A program made the position numbers and the translations under genes. A model generated the notes under the pieces. It was not told the origin of the DNA. It saw only the letters and a list, made by a program, of their open reading frames with translations, and made no database searches. A stretch of 63,881 nucleotides of DNA, filler included, from Octopus bimaculoides (Eukaryota): NCBI RefSeq assembly GCF_001194135.2. It is 9 parts of 8 records of this genome, joined end to end, with 100 filler letters (N's around TTAATTAATTAA, not from the genome) between each part and the next. Parts side by side here need not be neighbours in the genome. Positions count along the whole stretch, not along the records: positions 21,015 to 28,887 come from NW_026348423.1; positions 28,988 to 34,767 come from NW_026357065.1; positions 34,868 to 43,090 come from NC_068988.1; 6 more parts are not named here. One strand, given 5' to 3'. Shown piece by piece: positions 26,025-39,724 of the stretch (positions are counted from its first letter, which is position 1; each line of letters opens with the position of its first letter).

Positions 26025-26513
26025 CATAATTATGGGATCAGCAACAGTTGCTTCACCACATACCGAAGTTCAGAAATAGCAGCTAAAGTGCTGATAGTAA
26101 ACCGCAGATTTTCTGCAGTATTGTTTGTGACGCACATGGTAATTCTTGAGGAGGGATAAGAACTGGCTGGCCTATGCAGGTTCGGAGATGGTTTCAAGTT
26201 GTGCCGATGCANNNNNNNNNNATGGTTTCAAGTTGTGCCGATGCATGATGTCGCTCGGTCATGCATGCACAATTGCTAGCATTGTCGAATTTGCAACTGG
26301 AATATCATACTGATGAGGAAATGAAGAGTTTTTTCACTTCTAAGCCAGAAACGCGTCTATGATTAACTACGACTGGTTAGTTTCGTTATTTTTTCTCCTT
26401 GTTTTGCATTTGTGAGTTACAAGTAATGCTATCTGTTGGAGTTTCAGCACATTAGCTGCTATTTCTGAACTTCGGTATGTGGTGAAGCAATTGTTGATGA
26501 TCCCTTAATTATG
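26025..26513. mobile_element. MITE-like element with 70-bp terminal inverted repeats
   Basis: 26025-26094 and 26444-26513 are reverse complements at 66/70 positions; the interior is non-coding. Confidence 0.7.
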
Positions 26514-26669
26514 TTTATAAATGTATAAGAACTTTTAAATAAGTTCTTCACCGATAATGGTGTTTACATACCGAAGGGCTTGGTAAAAATTATTAATTAT
26601 TAATTTATTAATAAATTAATAAATTGATAATCCTTTACCCTTTTAATTGTAATATATATGTATATATAT

Positions 26670-26830
26670 ATATATATATATCTTATAAAATCCGTTCTGT
26701 CTGTCTGTTTGTGCGCTTATAACTCACGTATTATTCACCCGATCGCGCTGAAATTTTAAACATTGATACATGAGAGAGCAGTGCGTTCCGTAATCTAAAA
26801 TGATTTTGAAAATAGTTAGTTTCAAGGTGA
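26670..26830 (+). mobile_element. Possible non-autonomous Helitron 5' end
   Basis: tc-ttataaaatccgttctgtctgtctgtttgt...ccgatcgcgctgaaattt resembles the 5' ends of non-autonomous Helitrons (TC start, (tgtc)n); no 3' end identified. Confidence 0.35.
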
Positions 26831-27483
26831 GAATCTTTTTGTCCTGTTTGTTCTGCCATTAAAATCAACCAGTTGCTCACACTGTCGGCACATACAATTT
26901 CGCTAGCAAAAAGGGGAGTGCAGGATGACAGTCAACCAAAACCGTCGCTACGCTGTCTCTCTTATGACGTCCAATTCCACTTGAAGTTGTATATATATTG
27001 TGTTAAGATACGTTATCAATAAATTATCCTTACTGAGAAGAAACAGTCAAAAGTAACCAACACACAGAATCACTAAACATCTCTACTATTTCACACCGTA
27101 CAAGTTAATCCTCTTCACCTTTACAGCTGACATAAAAAGCTACACAAAAAAGAGAAGAAAATTGATTGCTATTAAAACGTGTAAAATTTTGGAGTTAACA
27201 ATCTTAATCTTTATTTAATGTTTCTCATTCAAACTACATAATAGGAAGAATTGTCGGATTAAGACAGTTGGGTGTTTTGAGGGAGATTTGGCTGCTATTT
27301 CTACCAATTCTAGCTACCAAGTAGAAGTATCCCTTATTGGCTCATAGGTACATATATACAATAAACGAGTGAAGAACGAATATAGAGTGCGTGTGTTTAT
27401 TTAGCAAAAAAAGTGACCGTCCCAAAATACAACGATATCTGTTTCAATACGCGATTCCACATTAGAAATCTTGTAACACAAGA

Positions 27484-27536
<53 letters not shown>

Positions 27537-27891
27537 TGTGTGTGTGTGTATCTTTGTGTGTGTGTGTGTGTGTGTGTATGTGTGTGTGTGTTTGTGTTTG
27601 TATTTATTTGTATCTATGCATGTGTGTGTGTGTGTATGTGTGAGAGTGTGTGTGTATACAAAGACGGAATAATTGCAGCTGGAATATCTCTGGCCATATG
27701 TCTCATCGATTGCGAATAGCTTCTTACAAAGCAACTGTAAAAGAACCGGATGATCAGCCATAAATACATCACGTCTTTGCAATGGATGAGATGGTCACAT
27801 TTGGATTTCTTTAAAACATGACTGTTTTGGACGAGAGTTGATCAGGTGTTTAAACATCAGCACAAACTCTCGCTCGCTTCATAATCCACAT

Positions 27892-27928
<37 letters not shown>

Positions 27929-27936
27929 GGCACGCG

Positions 27937-27989
<53 letters not shown>

Positions 27990-30029
27990 GTGGTCACACA
28001 CGCACTAAACGTATCTACTACCGACCCTAACTATAACACATACGCACACACACAAAATACAATGTGATAGAAAGCGCACTTATTTTCAGTGAGGTAGGAC
28101 GGAGAGCGTACACTTTAGGTGGTTATATAAGGACTTCTTGTCAGGACCGTTCATTAATGTCACAACTTTTCCTCTGCACCCCGTACTGTCTTCTACTGTC
28201 AATATTGTTGTGTCTTCAGATGTCTGGACGCTTCATAAATGCCTGTAGCGACCATAGATTTCTCTCCTATTTTCTCTTATCGGGATTACTTACAGACTTA
28301 GGCATGTCCATAAATAACCAAAACGTACAAACTGTTTGTAAATGACCAAAACACAGATCATCATCCACTCAGATCAAGCTTGGTTGCTTGTATTAAACTT
28401 TCTTTTATATCTCCTTTAATTGCTTTAATTGCTATGAAGAAAAAAGAAGGCCTTCAATAGAGACATGCGCTTCACTAAACATGTAGAAAATACGGCTCTG
28501 TGGTTCCTGAAGCCGCTCCGATGTTAGCAATAAGGCAGTTGTGGTGTTTGCGATAGTGACGTTGTAGTTTTAACACCTGGTGATAGCGTGATGTGATATT
28601 GGTGTTTCTGTTGGTGGAGATATAAAAGCAGAACAATTAGGGTCTCTATACCGAAGACTTCCATTATAGAAAATCATTCAGATCAATCACCGTGGATGAT
28701 GTAACAGGAACATAGTCCTGAATGGGTAAACACTTAATTTCAACCATTGATAGTTGATGTGTTAATAGATACTTTTCTTCATTTCATGACAAAGTTAGAC
28801 GCCAAACACGCAAACAGTTACAGACGTCGAAGCATAACACGAACAGTTCTCACCAGTTTCACACTGCATGTCTTTACATGTATCATGNNNNNNNNNNNNN
28901 NNNNNNNNNNNNNNNNNNNNNNNNNNNNNNNTTAATTAATTAANNNNNNNNNNNNNNNNNNNNNNNNNNNNNNNNNNNNNNNNNNNNTTTTTTTACCTTT
29001 GACGGATATTTGTCGTCATCTTGTTGTTAACAAAACGTTTCGGCTGATTTACCCTCCAGCCTTCAAGTATCTTGGGGAAATTTCGAACCTGGGTTCTCAT
29101 TCCTAACGTATTTTTCNNNNNNNNNNNNNNNNNNNNNNTTATTATTATTATTATTATTCAGGTCACCGCCTGGAATCGAACTCGGAATTTTGGGGTTAGT
29201 AGCCCTCGCTCTTAACTACTACACCATATATGCCCACGGGCATATGGTGTAGTGGTTAAGAGCGCGAACTACTAACCCCAAGATTCCGAGTTCNNNNNNN
29301 NNNNNNNNNNNNNNNNNNNNNNNNNNNNNNNNNNNNNNNNNNNNNNNNNNNNNNNNNNNNNNNNNNNNNNNNNNNNNNNNNNNNNNNNNNNNNNNNNNNN
29401 NNNNNNNNNNNNNNNNNNNNNNNNNNNNNNNNNNNNNNNNNNNNNNNNNNNNNNNNNNNNNNNNNNNNNNNNNNNNNNNNNNNNNNNNNNNNNNNNNNNN
29501 NNNNNNNNNNNNNNNNNNNNNNNNNNNNNNNNNNNNNNNNNNNNNNNNNNNNNNNNNNNNNNNNNNNNNNNNNNNNNNNNNNNNNNNNNNNNNNNNNNNN
29601 NNNNNNNNNNNNNNNNNNNNNNNNNNNNNNNNNNNNNNNNNNNNNNNNNNNNNNNNNNNNNNNNNNNNNNNNNNNNNNNNNNNNNNNNNNNNNNNNNNNN
29701 NNNNNNNNNNNNNNNNNNNNNNNNNNNNNNNNNNNNNNNNNNNNNNNNNNNNNNNNNNNNNNNNNNNNNNNNNNNNNNNNNNNNNNNNNNNNNNNNNNNN
29801 NNNNNNNNNNNNNNNNNNNNNNNNNNNNNNNNNNNNNNNNNNNNNNNNNNNNNNNNNNNNNNNNNNNNNNNNNNNNNNNNNNNNNNNNNNNNNNNNNNNN
29901 NNNNNNNNNNNNNNNNNNNNNNNNNNNNNNNNNNNNNNNNNNNNNNNNNNNNNNNNNNNNNNNNNNNNNNNNNNNNNNNNNNNNNNNNNNNNNNNNNNNN
30001 NNNNNNNNNNNNNNNNNNNNNNNNNNNNN

Positions 30030-30176
30030 TTTTTTGCTCAACATCCTTAAAGAAACCTTATTCAGGGACCTTTTGAGCGAGATGGGCTACTCAGCCTGAA
30101 GAAAATTTTAACAGGGCCCCACCTGCGAGGGCATGCACTGTTTATCTTGATATGCGATCACCATGTCGCGTACATA
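30030..30176 (+). mobile_element. Fragment of the ~560-bp (AAT)n-associated element
   Basis: Matches about 44110-44250 (ttttgctcaacatccttaa...cagggaccttttgag...ccccacctgcgagg...gatcaccatgtcg). Confidence 0.85.
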
Positions 30177-30319
30177 NNNNNNNNNNNNNNNNNNNNNNNN
30201 NNNNNNNNNNNNNNNNNNNNNNNNNNNNNNNNNNNNNNNNNNNNNNNNNNNNNNNNNNNNNNNNNNNNNNNNNNNNNNNNNNNNNNNNNNNNNNNNNNNN
30301 NNNNNNNNNNNNNNNNNNN

Positions 30320-30360
<41 letters not shown>

Positions 30361-30410
30361 CATCTAAAAAATACCTTAGGGATGAGAACCCAGGTTCGAA
30401 ATTTCCCGAA

Positions 30411-30456
30411 GGCGCCTGATGAAGGCTGGAGGATGTGTCAGCCGAAACGTTGTACA
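30411..30456 (+). ncRNA. Minimal type I hammerhead ribozyme core (PLE type), stem I degraded
   Basis: CTGATGA (30416-30422)-A-GGCTG/CAGCC stem II-GAAAC-GTT, with palindromic AACGTT as stem III. Confidence 0.55.
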
Positions 30457-30619
30457 CAACGTTATACACAATATAAATAATTTAAATAATTCTTCATCTC
30501 TTAAATATAGAACTGTCCATTGTTGTTGCCTGGGCCAAGATCTCCAAAGTTTGCACTCGCCAGTTTTGTGGGGTGTTTCTGGAGATCTGTATTATATTTT
30601 CGCTAATTTTTATTATTCG

Positions 30620-33230
30620 TCACACAGGCCTTGACACAGAGGGAATAGCACAAGGACAAAACAAAAAATATTTAGGGGCTGGCTTATACCTTAGTTAACA
30701 AATCGAATATATGTAATCGGATGAATTTACCCAGTACAATGAAATCAAAATGAATTTTTTAAATTTTACGATGATATTCTCTTTTTGGGGTCGTGTTCGA
30801 CCCGCTGGATTTTTCCTTCATAGTGCTCCGCCTCGCACGCCGAGAGACACGGGCCACCAGCCAGGAAATCCCGAAGGGCATCCCCATGGTCCAGCGCCCC
30901 TCACTTCCCGTACAACGCAGCGAAATGCTCCTCAAAGGCTTTACCCATCTCTTCCTGTCCTTGTTCATTTACCACAGACTTTATCGTAGCATCTACGCCA
31001 CGTTGGGTTTCTATCGAGCGAGCCTACCCGGTAACGTTGATACCCTCGTGACCCAATGCACGTACTTTAGCCTGGACCCTGCAACTTTCCAGTTTGGCAT
31101 TGAGGTGTCGATCCAAGGTTGATCTCGCCGCTAAAACTTGGGCTGCAAAGCCCACCCTCAACGCCTCTTTTAACACATTAACTAGACTTATCTAGCCTGC
31201 TCTAGACTTATCTGTTTGCTAAATATGACTCAAGTCGAATGGCTCTTTTTGAGGGTAATCCACCGCTGGTTATTCAACACGGTACCATTGAGTGTCCTCA
31301 TGACTAACTCCTTAATCTGGTTATGGTATGTTTCGCAAGCCAATAGGGTCTTGTTCAACTTTCAGTAACCAGATCCCTGTCTATGGACTTTATATGTACC
31401 TTACACGTCACTAATTTGTGATCCGTGTAGGGTATATAAGTAAATTGGGGACAGCTAAAGGAGGACCTATCTGTGGTATTCACTACTATCCTGTCTGTAT
31501 AAGACCTGCGAGATCTGTCGTTATTACTCCAAGTCCACATTGGAACGCTCGGATTCTCGAGTCTGAATCGATCTGCCAGCCTAAATCGCTTCAGCTGATC
31601 GATGAGGNNNNNNNNNNGAGTTACTTTTCCTATCGGTCGAGCCAACGTTGTCCAGGCGTGCGTCCAGAACAGCGTTAAAGTCTCCTAACATTACTATCAT
31701 CCTTGACGTCAAAACACAACGCCACCCCTCCCCTGTCCGACTAGGAGATATGATTTTCTCATAGTCTTTCAGGAGGTTTGAGAAGGCCTGCAGCTTGTCN
31801 NNNNNNNNNATAGTCTTTCAGGAGGTTTGAGAAGGCCTGCAGCTTGTCCAACTTGGTCTATGTAGCAACCATAATATCAATTTTATGTGACCTGAAGTCG
31901 TCCAGGAAACAGGCTTGCTTCCACTTCGAACTTAGGCCACGCACAGTTAGACAACCTACACGTAGCGTAGCCATGACAAAAACGGGAAAAGAAAGAAATC
32001 TATTTACATCTTAGTCAAGGAGGATCATTCTCAGCACTGGTGCGGCTGGGATTTCCCCACCTTTATTTCTTCCATAGGCGGTTCTTCCGGCGGGTTGAAC
32101 ACTTTTGGTAAGTCTTTTAGCTCGATNNNNNNNNNNNNNNNNNNNNNNNNNNNNNNNNNNNNNNNNNNNNNNNNNNNNNNNNNNNNNNNNNNNNNNNNNN
32201 NNNNNNNNNNNNNNNNNNNNNNNNNNNNNNNNNNNNNNNNNNNNNNNNNNNNNNNNNNNNNNNNNNNNNNNNNNNNNNNNNNNNNNNNNNNNNNNNNNNN
32301 NNNNNNNNNNNNNNNNNNNNNNNNNNNNNNNNNNNNNNNNNNNNNNNNNNNNNNNNNNNNNNNNNNNNNNNNNNNNNNNNNNNNNNNNNNNNNNNNNNNN
32401 NNNNNNNNNNNNNNNNNNNNNNNNNNNNNNNNNNNNNNNNNNNNNNNNNNNNNNNNNNNNNNNNNNNNNNNNNNNNNNNNNNNNNNNNNNNNNNNNNNNN
32501 NNNNNNNNNNNNNNNNNNNNNNNNNNNNNNNNNNNNNNNNNNNNNNNNNNNNNNNNNNNNNNNNNNNNNNNNNNNNNNNNNNNNNNNNNNNNNNNNNNNN
32601 NNNNNNNNNNNNNNNNNNNNNNNNNNNNNNNNNNNNNNNNNNNNNNNNNNNNNNNNNNNNNNNNNNNNNNNNNNNNNNNNNNNNNNNNNNNNNNNNNNNN
32701 NNNNNNNNTTCTTCTTGTTCCTTCTACTGTGCATCTTGTTCCTCCTGCTGTGCATTTTTCTGTTGGGGGCAATTCGACCTCAGGTGCCCCATTTTTCTGC
32801 ATTTGAAGCACCTGGGTTTCCTCCCCTCTACATGCACAGCTAATATGGTGTCTTCGCCAATGCATATCTTTTCTGATAATTTTTCCAGGTCCATTGTTGT
32901 TGCCTGGGCCAAGATCTCCAAAGTTTGCCCTCTCCAGCTTTGTGGGGCGTCTCTGGAGATTTGTACTATATTTATTTCTCCTCTCTCCCGTATAGTAGGG
33001 TGGCAATTATCCACGCTATCTCAATTTCCGGCAGGATATTTTTAATCTTAATCCGGGACGTTCTACGTCCCAGATATAGTGGTAGCAACATAATGATACC
33101 ACTTTGCAAGGTCCGAGTTGATAATTCTTTTGCCTTCTCGGCTGACTCAACTCTCGCTTCCACAGTCGCAAATTTAGTGCCTCGGGTCAGCTATTNNNNN
33201 NNNNNTCAACTCTCGCTTCCACAGTCGCAA
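30620..33230 (-). mobile_element. Tx1/L1-like LINE, degenerate: ORF1 with CCHC zinc knuckle and ORF2 APE endonuclease
   Basis: ORF1 contains CFKCRKMGHLRSNC (C-x2-C-x4-H-x4-C). ORF2 from the ATG at 31974 reads MATLRVGCLTVRGL...DIMVAT*TK...MLGDFNAVLD...WTWSN...SYTDRI...YTDHKLV (APE motifs GDFN, DR, DH). In-frame stop and gaps present. A stray ORF1 piece is repeated at about 30515-30610. Confidence 0.85.
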
Positions 33231-36129
33231 ATTTAGTGCCTCGGGTCAGCTATTTTATCTAGCCTAACACTGGTCCGAGGCACTTTTCTACAGTACTTCC
33301 TTCAAATTTCTCTTTTCACAATCGTATATTTTATAAATAATTCTGCTTTCCATTGTGCGATTCAAAATCTCGCTGGGAGGTGTAATTCGGCTTTCACCAT
33401 TTTCTTCCTTTATCATCCCGTACAAGGCCTCTATTTCCTCTTTTTTTGAAGGTTATATTTTCTTTTCCTCCCAGAACGGAGGCGAAGTTTCTGATTTCTT
33501 CAACCGAAGACATTTTTTTTAAACACACAATATTGTTGCGAGAACAATGGCAAGTCTCGTTCCAAATGGAACACAGTTCATAAATAATATAAACAACTCC
33601 TTCCCCCGTAGGGGAGGCTAACAATTTCAGAAGAAATTCACACAATAAAACAGTTCAACAATGTTTCCTTTACGGTAAACCACAACAAAATAAATAAGTA
33701 AAAATAAACAATTCTTGCAAGCAAGCAACAAAAACTACTTTNNNNNNNNNNNNNNNNNNNNNNNNNNNNNNNNNNNNNNNNNNNNNNNNNNNNNNNNNNN
33801 NNNNNNNNNNNNNNNNNNNNNNNNNNNNNNNNNNNNNNNNNNNNNNNNNNNNNNNNNNNNNNNNNNNNNNNNNNNNNNNNNNNNNNNNNNNNNNNNNNNN
33901 NNNNNNNNNNNNNNNNNNNNNNNNNNNNNNNNNNNNNNNNNNNNNNNNNNNNNNNNNNNNNNNNNNNNNNNNNNNNNNNNNNNNNNNNNNNNNNNNNNNN
34001 NNNNNNNNNNNNNNNNNNNNNNNNNNNNNNNNNNNNNNNNNNNNNNNNNNNNNNNNNNNNNNNNNNNNNNNNNNNNNNNNNNNNNNNNNNNNNNNNNNNN
34101 NNNNNNNNNNNNNNNNNNNNNNNNNNNNNNNNNNNNNNNNNNNNNNNNNNNNNNNNNNNNNNNNNNNNNNNNNNNNNNNNNNNNNNNNNNNNNNNNNNNN
34201 NNNNNNNNNNNNNNNNNNNNNNNNNNNNNNNNNNNNNNNNNNNNNNNNNNNNNNNNNNNNNNNNNNNNNNNNNNNNNNNNNNNNNNNNNNNNNNNNNNNN
34301 NNNNNNNNNNNNNNNNNNNNNNNNNNNNNNNNNNNNNNNNNNNNNNNNNNNNNNNNNNNNNNNNNNNNNNNNNNNNNNNNNNNNNNNNNNNNNNNNNNNN
34401 NNNNNNNNNNNNNNNNNNNNNNNNNNNNNNNNNNNNNNNNNNNNNNNNNNNNNNNNNNNNNNNNNNNNNNNNNNNNNNNNNNNNNNNNNNNNNNNNNNNN
34501 NNNNNNNNNNNNNNNNNNNNNNNNNNNNNNNNNNNNNNNNGGGGGGGGGGCGTGCGCATTCGTACGTGCATGTCTCTATTATCTTAGAAATATACCTTGT
34601 TGTTTCTCCTCTTCGTCCTCATCACCATCATTATTAAACATCTGTTTTCTATGCTGGAATGGGCTGGATCGTTTGTTTGGAGCCAACAAGCCAGACGAAT
34701 GTGTCAAGCCCTACTCTCTGCTGTAATATGGTTTCTATGATTCGATGCCCCCATTTCCACTAATACTNNNNNNNNNNNNNNNNNNNNNNNNNNNNNNNNN
34801 NNNNNNNNNNNTTAATTAATTAANNNNNNNNNNNNNNNNNNNNNNNNNNNNNNNNNNNNNNNNNNNNTATTATTTTTTGTCTACGTTTTGTTTGCAATGT
34901 CCTGTACCCAGATATGCACCTATACATACAGGTAGACGTAGGTATGCACATACCTGTACGTATATATGCACATACTCATTTATTATTTGTTTTACATGAT
35001 TGAACGCCTGCGTCATTTCCTGTAAGTAGTTTTGAACTTTTTATTTTCTGACGCAACTCTATCTATCTCTATCTCTATAACTTTTCCCCCTTTCGTTCTT
35101 CCTTCTGTTACTACTATATCTCTCTCTTTCCCCCTCTCGTTCTTCCTTCTGTTACTACTATACTTCTCTCTTCCTCCCTTTCTCTCGTTGCTCACCTATT
35201 TTCTACTTCCTCCCCGTGTTTCTCCCTCTGCCACTCTCTCTTCTTTACCCCTCGTGGTCACATGTGTCCACGCACTAATTCTTTTCTTCCTTGGCTTTCG
35301 CCAAGCAAACATGCGAATGCCCTAACCACTAAGCCACGCGCCTTCACATATATATATATATATGTATATATATATACATATATATACATATATACATATA
35401 TATATANNNNNNNNNNNNNNNNNNNNNNNNNNNNNNNNNNNNNNNNNNNNNNNNNNNNNNNNNNNNNNNNNNNNNNNNNNNNNNNNNNNNNNNNNNNNNN
35501 NNNNNNNNNNNNNNNNNNNNNNNNNNNNNNNNNNNNNNNNNNNNNNNNNNNNNNNNNNNNNNNNNNNNNNNNNNNNNNNNNNNNNNNNNNNNNNNNNNNN
35601 NNNNNNNNNNNNNNNNNNNNNNNNNNNNNNNNNNNNNNNNNNNNNNNNNNNNNNNNNNNNNNNNNNNNNNNNNNNNNNNNNNNNNNNNNNNNNNNNNNNN
35701 NNNNNNNNNNNNNNNNNNNNNNNNNNNNNNNNNNNNNNNNNNNNNNNNNNNNNNNNNNNNNNNNNNNNNNNNNNNNNNNNNNNNNNNNNNNNNNNNNNNN
35801 NNNNNNNNNNNNNNNNNNNNNNNNNNNNNNNNNNNNNNNNNNNNNNNNNNNNNNNNNNNNNNNNNNNNNNNNNNNNNNNNNNNNNNNNNNNNNNNNNNNN
35901 NNNNNNNNNNNNNNNNNNNNNNNNNNNNNNNNNNNNNNNNNNNNNNNNNNNNNNNNNNNNNNNNNNNNNNNNNNNNNNNNNNNNNNNNNNNNNNNNNNNN
36001 NNNNNNNNNNNNNNNNNNNNNNNNNNNNNNNNNNNNNNNNNNNACATATACATATATACATATATATATATACATATATATACATATATACATATATATA
36101 TAAATATATATTTATACATACATGTATAC

Positions 36130-36175
<46 letters not shown>

Positions 36176-38562
36176 TAAAAGAAACAGAGACAGAGAGAAA
36201 ATAAGTGACAGATAGAACAGTCATGTAAATAAATATGCTTACAGGGACAGACACAAAGGAGAGAGCAAGGAAGAGAGAGATAGAGAGAGATTTAAACAGA
36301 AATAGAAGCAAGAAGGAGAGCGGATAAAAGAAAGACAACCTGGAGTGTGAGAGAGGAGAGAGGGAAATTGTGAGAAAAAGATTTGCAATTGTACTTGATT
36401 TCAAAAATAAAATAATCAATATTTAAAATCTCCATGTAACTAAGAGCAATGAAACAGTACTTACATCATAAACATTTTGGATAAGATTGATAATATTACC
36501 ATCGGAGTTAAATATACCAACTTCGGAACCATCAAGCATTTTCTCTAAAACACGATATTTTGGTGCGATTTCTTCTGTCACGGCAAATATAACATTTACT
36601 TTCTCCCTCATGATATGCCGGTTGAGCTGAGATATTGAGACAAAATCCTGAAAAAATATGTAGCATAATTAAGACTGAAACGGCTGATGTTTGACTAGGT
36701 AGAGCGATAAACAAATGTGTAGCAGTATTTAGTTACATTCGCTCGGTGTCTACTTTCAGCATTCTGAGTTGATAAACATAAGTAAATGTAAACTAGTGGA
36801 ATCAATTTAATGAACTTTTCCTCTCGTCCGAATTGTCGACCTTTCGGTCAATATTGAAATCATTATTGTATGAACTTATTGGGCAGTGAGATACCAAAAT
36901 TGTTAGAGGTTTGATTGACTGACGTTATTTCTTCAAGCTCATTTCCTTCTGGTTTCAAATCCCGTCTTTCATCTTTTCGAAGTTAAAAGTACAGAGGTCG
37001 ACGGGTTTAACCCCCGCCCCTTAAAATGACCGCTTAAGTCAAAAATACTTATTTCAAGAATTAAGAGTATTTTTTCATCTCACTACATTCTTTTATCAAG
37101 TCTTTCCAGGGTCGATTTTACCAATTTTTTACATGAAAATAATTACTAATATTCTAACCATCATTTAACACGTCTCTGCTTTCTCCGTTGAATCGTCTGC
37201 CTAATCGAAATAAAACTATAGCTTAGACGTTGAAAAGTATTTGTATTCATCTCGTGTATTAAGCTGTACTGGGAGATGTGTGGAGTCTGTAGCCGAACAG
37301 GTCCACACACACTTCCAAAGGGTTAACTTGATACGAGAAGAGAAGAGAAGCGAAACCTAGCTGTGAACTTATTACCACCCTACAACGATTCTGCTCTCCA
37401 TAATATGGGTCTCAATCCTGTAGTATGTTTTATAATGATGATTTTGTATTCTTAGTGTTCGCATTGTAATTTCAACTTGAATTCATTCATACAACCTCCG
37501 CTTACTGTTATTTCACTATGAAACATCACTCTTCTGACGACTCATTTTTAACAATCTCTCCTCTTCTCATCACCCTCGTCGTGTTCAAACGTTTAGACCC
37601 GCACTAATTGATATGCCTGGTCATTTATTCCTCTTTCTCCCTCCCTCTCTCTCTTTCCCTCTCTCTCTCTCTCCCTCTCTCTCACTTTCTCTCACTCTTT
37701 CTCTTTCTCTCTGTTCATGTCTTTCAAGTGTTGACTTACAATGATTCGAGAAGAACAATAGTACCATCAATAAAAACGGTCTCAGAGGGCTTGCGAAGGC
37801 ACTGGTCACTACTCTTTCCTTCAGACCCAGCAGAGAAGCAAAATTCTATAACTCTTTCCTCTTTAAATTCTTTAAGGTTTTTTTTTTTAGATATAGTTGC
37901 GTATCCTGTCACCAGTATTGTGTTCATATTCAAGACATACAACTTTTTCAAGATCATTTACTTTATCTTTCATATCATTTACTATCGTCCACAATCCGAA
38001 TGTGTCTATTTTCATTACCCTTTCAGAATAACGAGAATAATTCTACAATAATCTTATATTAGACAATTATTGCAGATCAACGATATTTGCGGTGAGAATA
38101 AGAAACCTCTTTCGTTGTGGAGTTTTACAAATGAGTCTGTCAATTCCACTTCTTTTAGATCACTTCAGATCCATGTTCACTTAATTCTAAAAAGTGGATT
38201 AATAAGATGCTCATAGCCAAATATACTATATGTAATAATATTGATATCTCAAGTACGTAGACATCAGTAAAAAGTTTGTTTAATAGCTATTTTTCATTGG
38301 GCTTTTGGTTTATTTAAATTGTAAAATGCATGCAGTAGGAACTGGGTTAACAATTTAGATTTAACTTCTTTACATCGACATGTCCAAATGAGAGAAAATT
38401 TATCGTACCATATGATTCCTTACGTAGTTTCCAGCTTCATTCAAATGACATTTTTCATCGTTGGGAATCACAAGACCAGCCACCTGAAAAACATTTTCTA
38501 TTATAACCTGAAAATATGTTGACATTCATTTAATAATCATTTACGAGATATTATTCTATATT

Positions 38563-38858
38563 GGCATTCCGTCGGTTACGACGACGAGGGTTCCAGTTGA
38601 TCTGATCAACGGAACAGCCTGCCGAGCACCCCACAGACACGTGTACCCTTAACGTAGTACCCAGGGAGATTCAACGTGAACACAGACTATGACAAGGCCA
38701 GTCCTCTGAAATAAAGAAACTACTCATTTTGTCTGCTGAGTGAACTGGTGCAACGTGAAATAAAATGCCTTGCTCAAGGGCACAACGCGTCGCCGGGAAT
38801 TAAACTCACAACCTTGTGATCGTAAGCCGCATACCCTAACCACTAAGCCACGCGTTTT
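38563..38858 (-). mobile_element. Third-family SINE
   Basis: Homologous to 14195-14513 and 22165-22486. Confidence 0.85.
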
Positions 38859-39466
38859 CACATTATTCTATATTATACAATAGACAACCTATTATAAATT
38901 CTACCCTATGAATATGACCTTATGACATTTTTCAGACACCTCCTCTCTAGACCAATTCTAGCAGCATTCGCATACTGATATTCTACACTGCTCCACATCT
39001 GAATTTCTAATACACCACCTACGACTTTCACCCTTCTATAAGTAGAGGGATACTGCGGTAAAACAGACCCTTCCTTAGGTATAAGGATAAATTGAAGCAG
39101 TCACTAAAATCTCTACATCTTAATTTGACATCATGGGAAAGTTATTGCCGCGATCGATCTGCATGGCATAAAATCTGTCATGATGCATCAAAACAATTTG
39201 TGTTGAAGAAATAGAATAAAAGAATTATACCCTACCATCAACAGACACATTTGCTCAATCAAAATCAAGATCATCACTATCCCCAATGTGACTTCATATC
39301 AAAATCCATACCTGAACTCAAATTACATTCATGCATCTATCGTAAATAGATGCAGCTGCTTTTATTTTTAAAGTTGTTTTTTTCATTTTTGCTTTTCTTG
39401 TTTTTTTAAATCCTTTCCTCCAAACACTCACACATCGAAATCGACCATCATTATAATTATTATTAG

Positions 39467-39670
39467 GGCGGCGAGCTGACAGAATCGTTAGCAAGCCGGG
39501 CAAAATGTTTAGCCGTATTTCGTCTGTCTTTACGCTCCGAATTCAAATTCCGCCGAGGTCGACTCTAACTTTCATCCTTTAAGGTCAATAGAATAAGCAC
39601 CAGTTGAGCACTGAGGTCGATGTAATTGACTAGACACCTTCTCCAAACTTCCTGACGTTGTGTCAAAATT
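39467..39670 (+). mobile_element. OR-like SINE
   Basis: ggcggcgagctgacagaatcgttagc...gaattcaaattccgccgaggtcgac...tttcatcc...gtcgatgtaattgac. Confidence 0.85.
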
Positions 39671-39685
39671 TTTATTATTATCATT

Positions 39686-39721
<36 letters not shown>

Positions 39722-39724
<3 letters not shown>

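Larger units (their letters stand above)
28988..30515. mobile_element. Palindromic composite element: two divergent tRNA-like heads, each followed by (AAT)n and a hammerhead-core-containing tail
   Basis: Centre atatgcccacgggcatat; heads at 29161-29235 (-) and 29238-29293 (+). Tail 28988-29116 is the reverse complement of 30358-30515 (gagaacccaggttcgaaatttccc...aaggctggagg...cagccgaaacgtt). Contains gaps. Confidence 0.75.

Noticed and set aside
29161-29293. Functional tRNA genes
   Set aside because: A/B boxes are present but there is no convincing full cloverleaf or acceptor stem; these are heads of a repeat.
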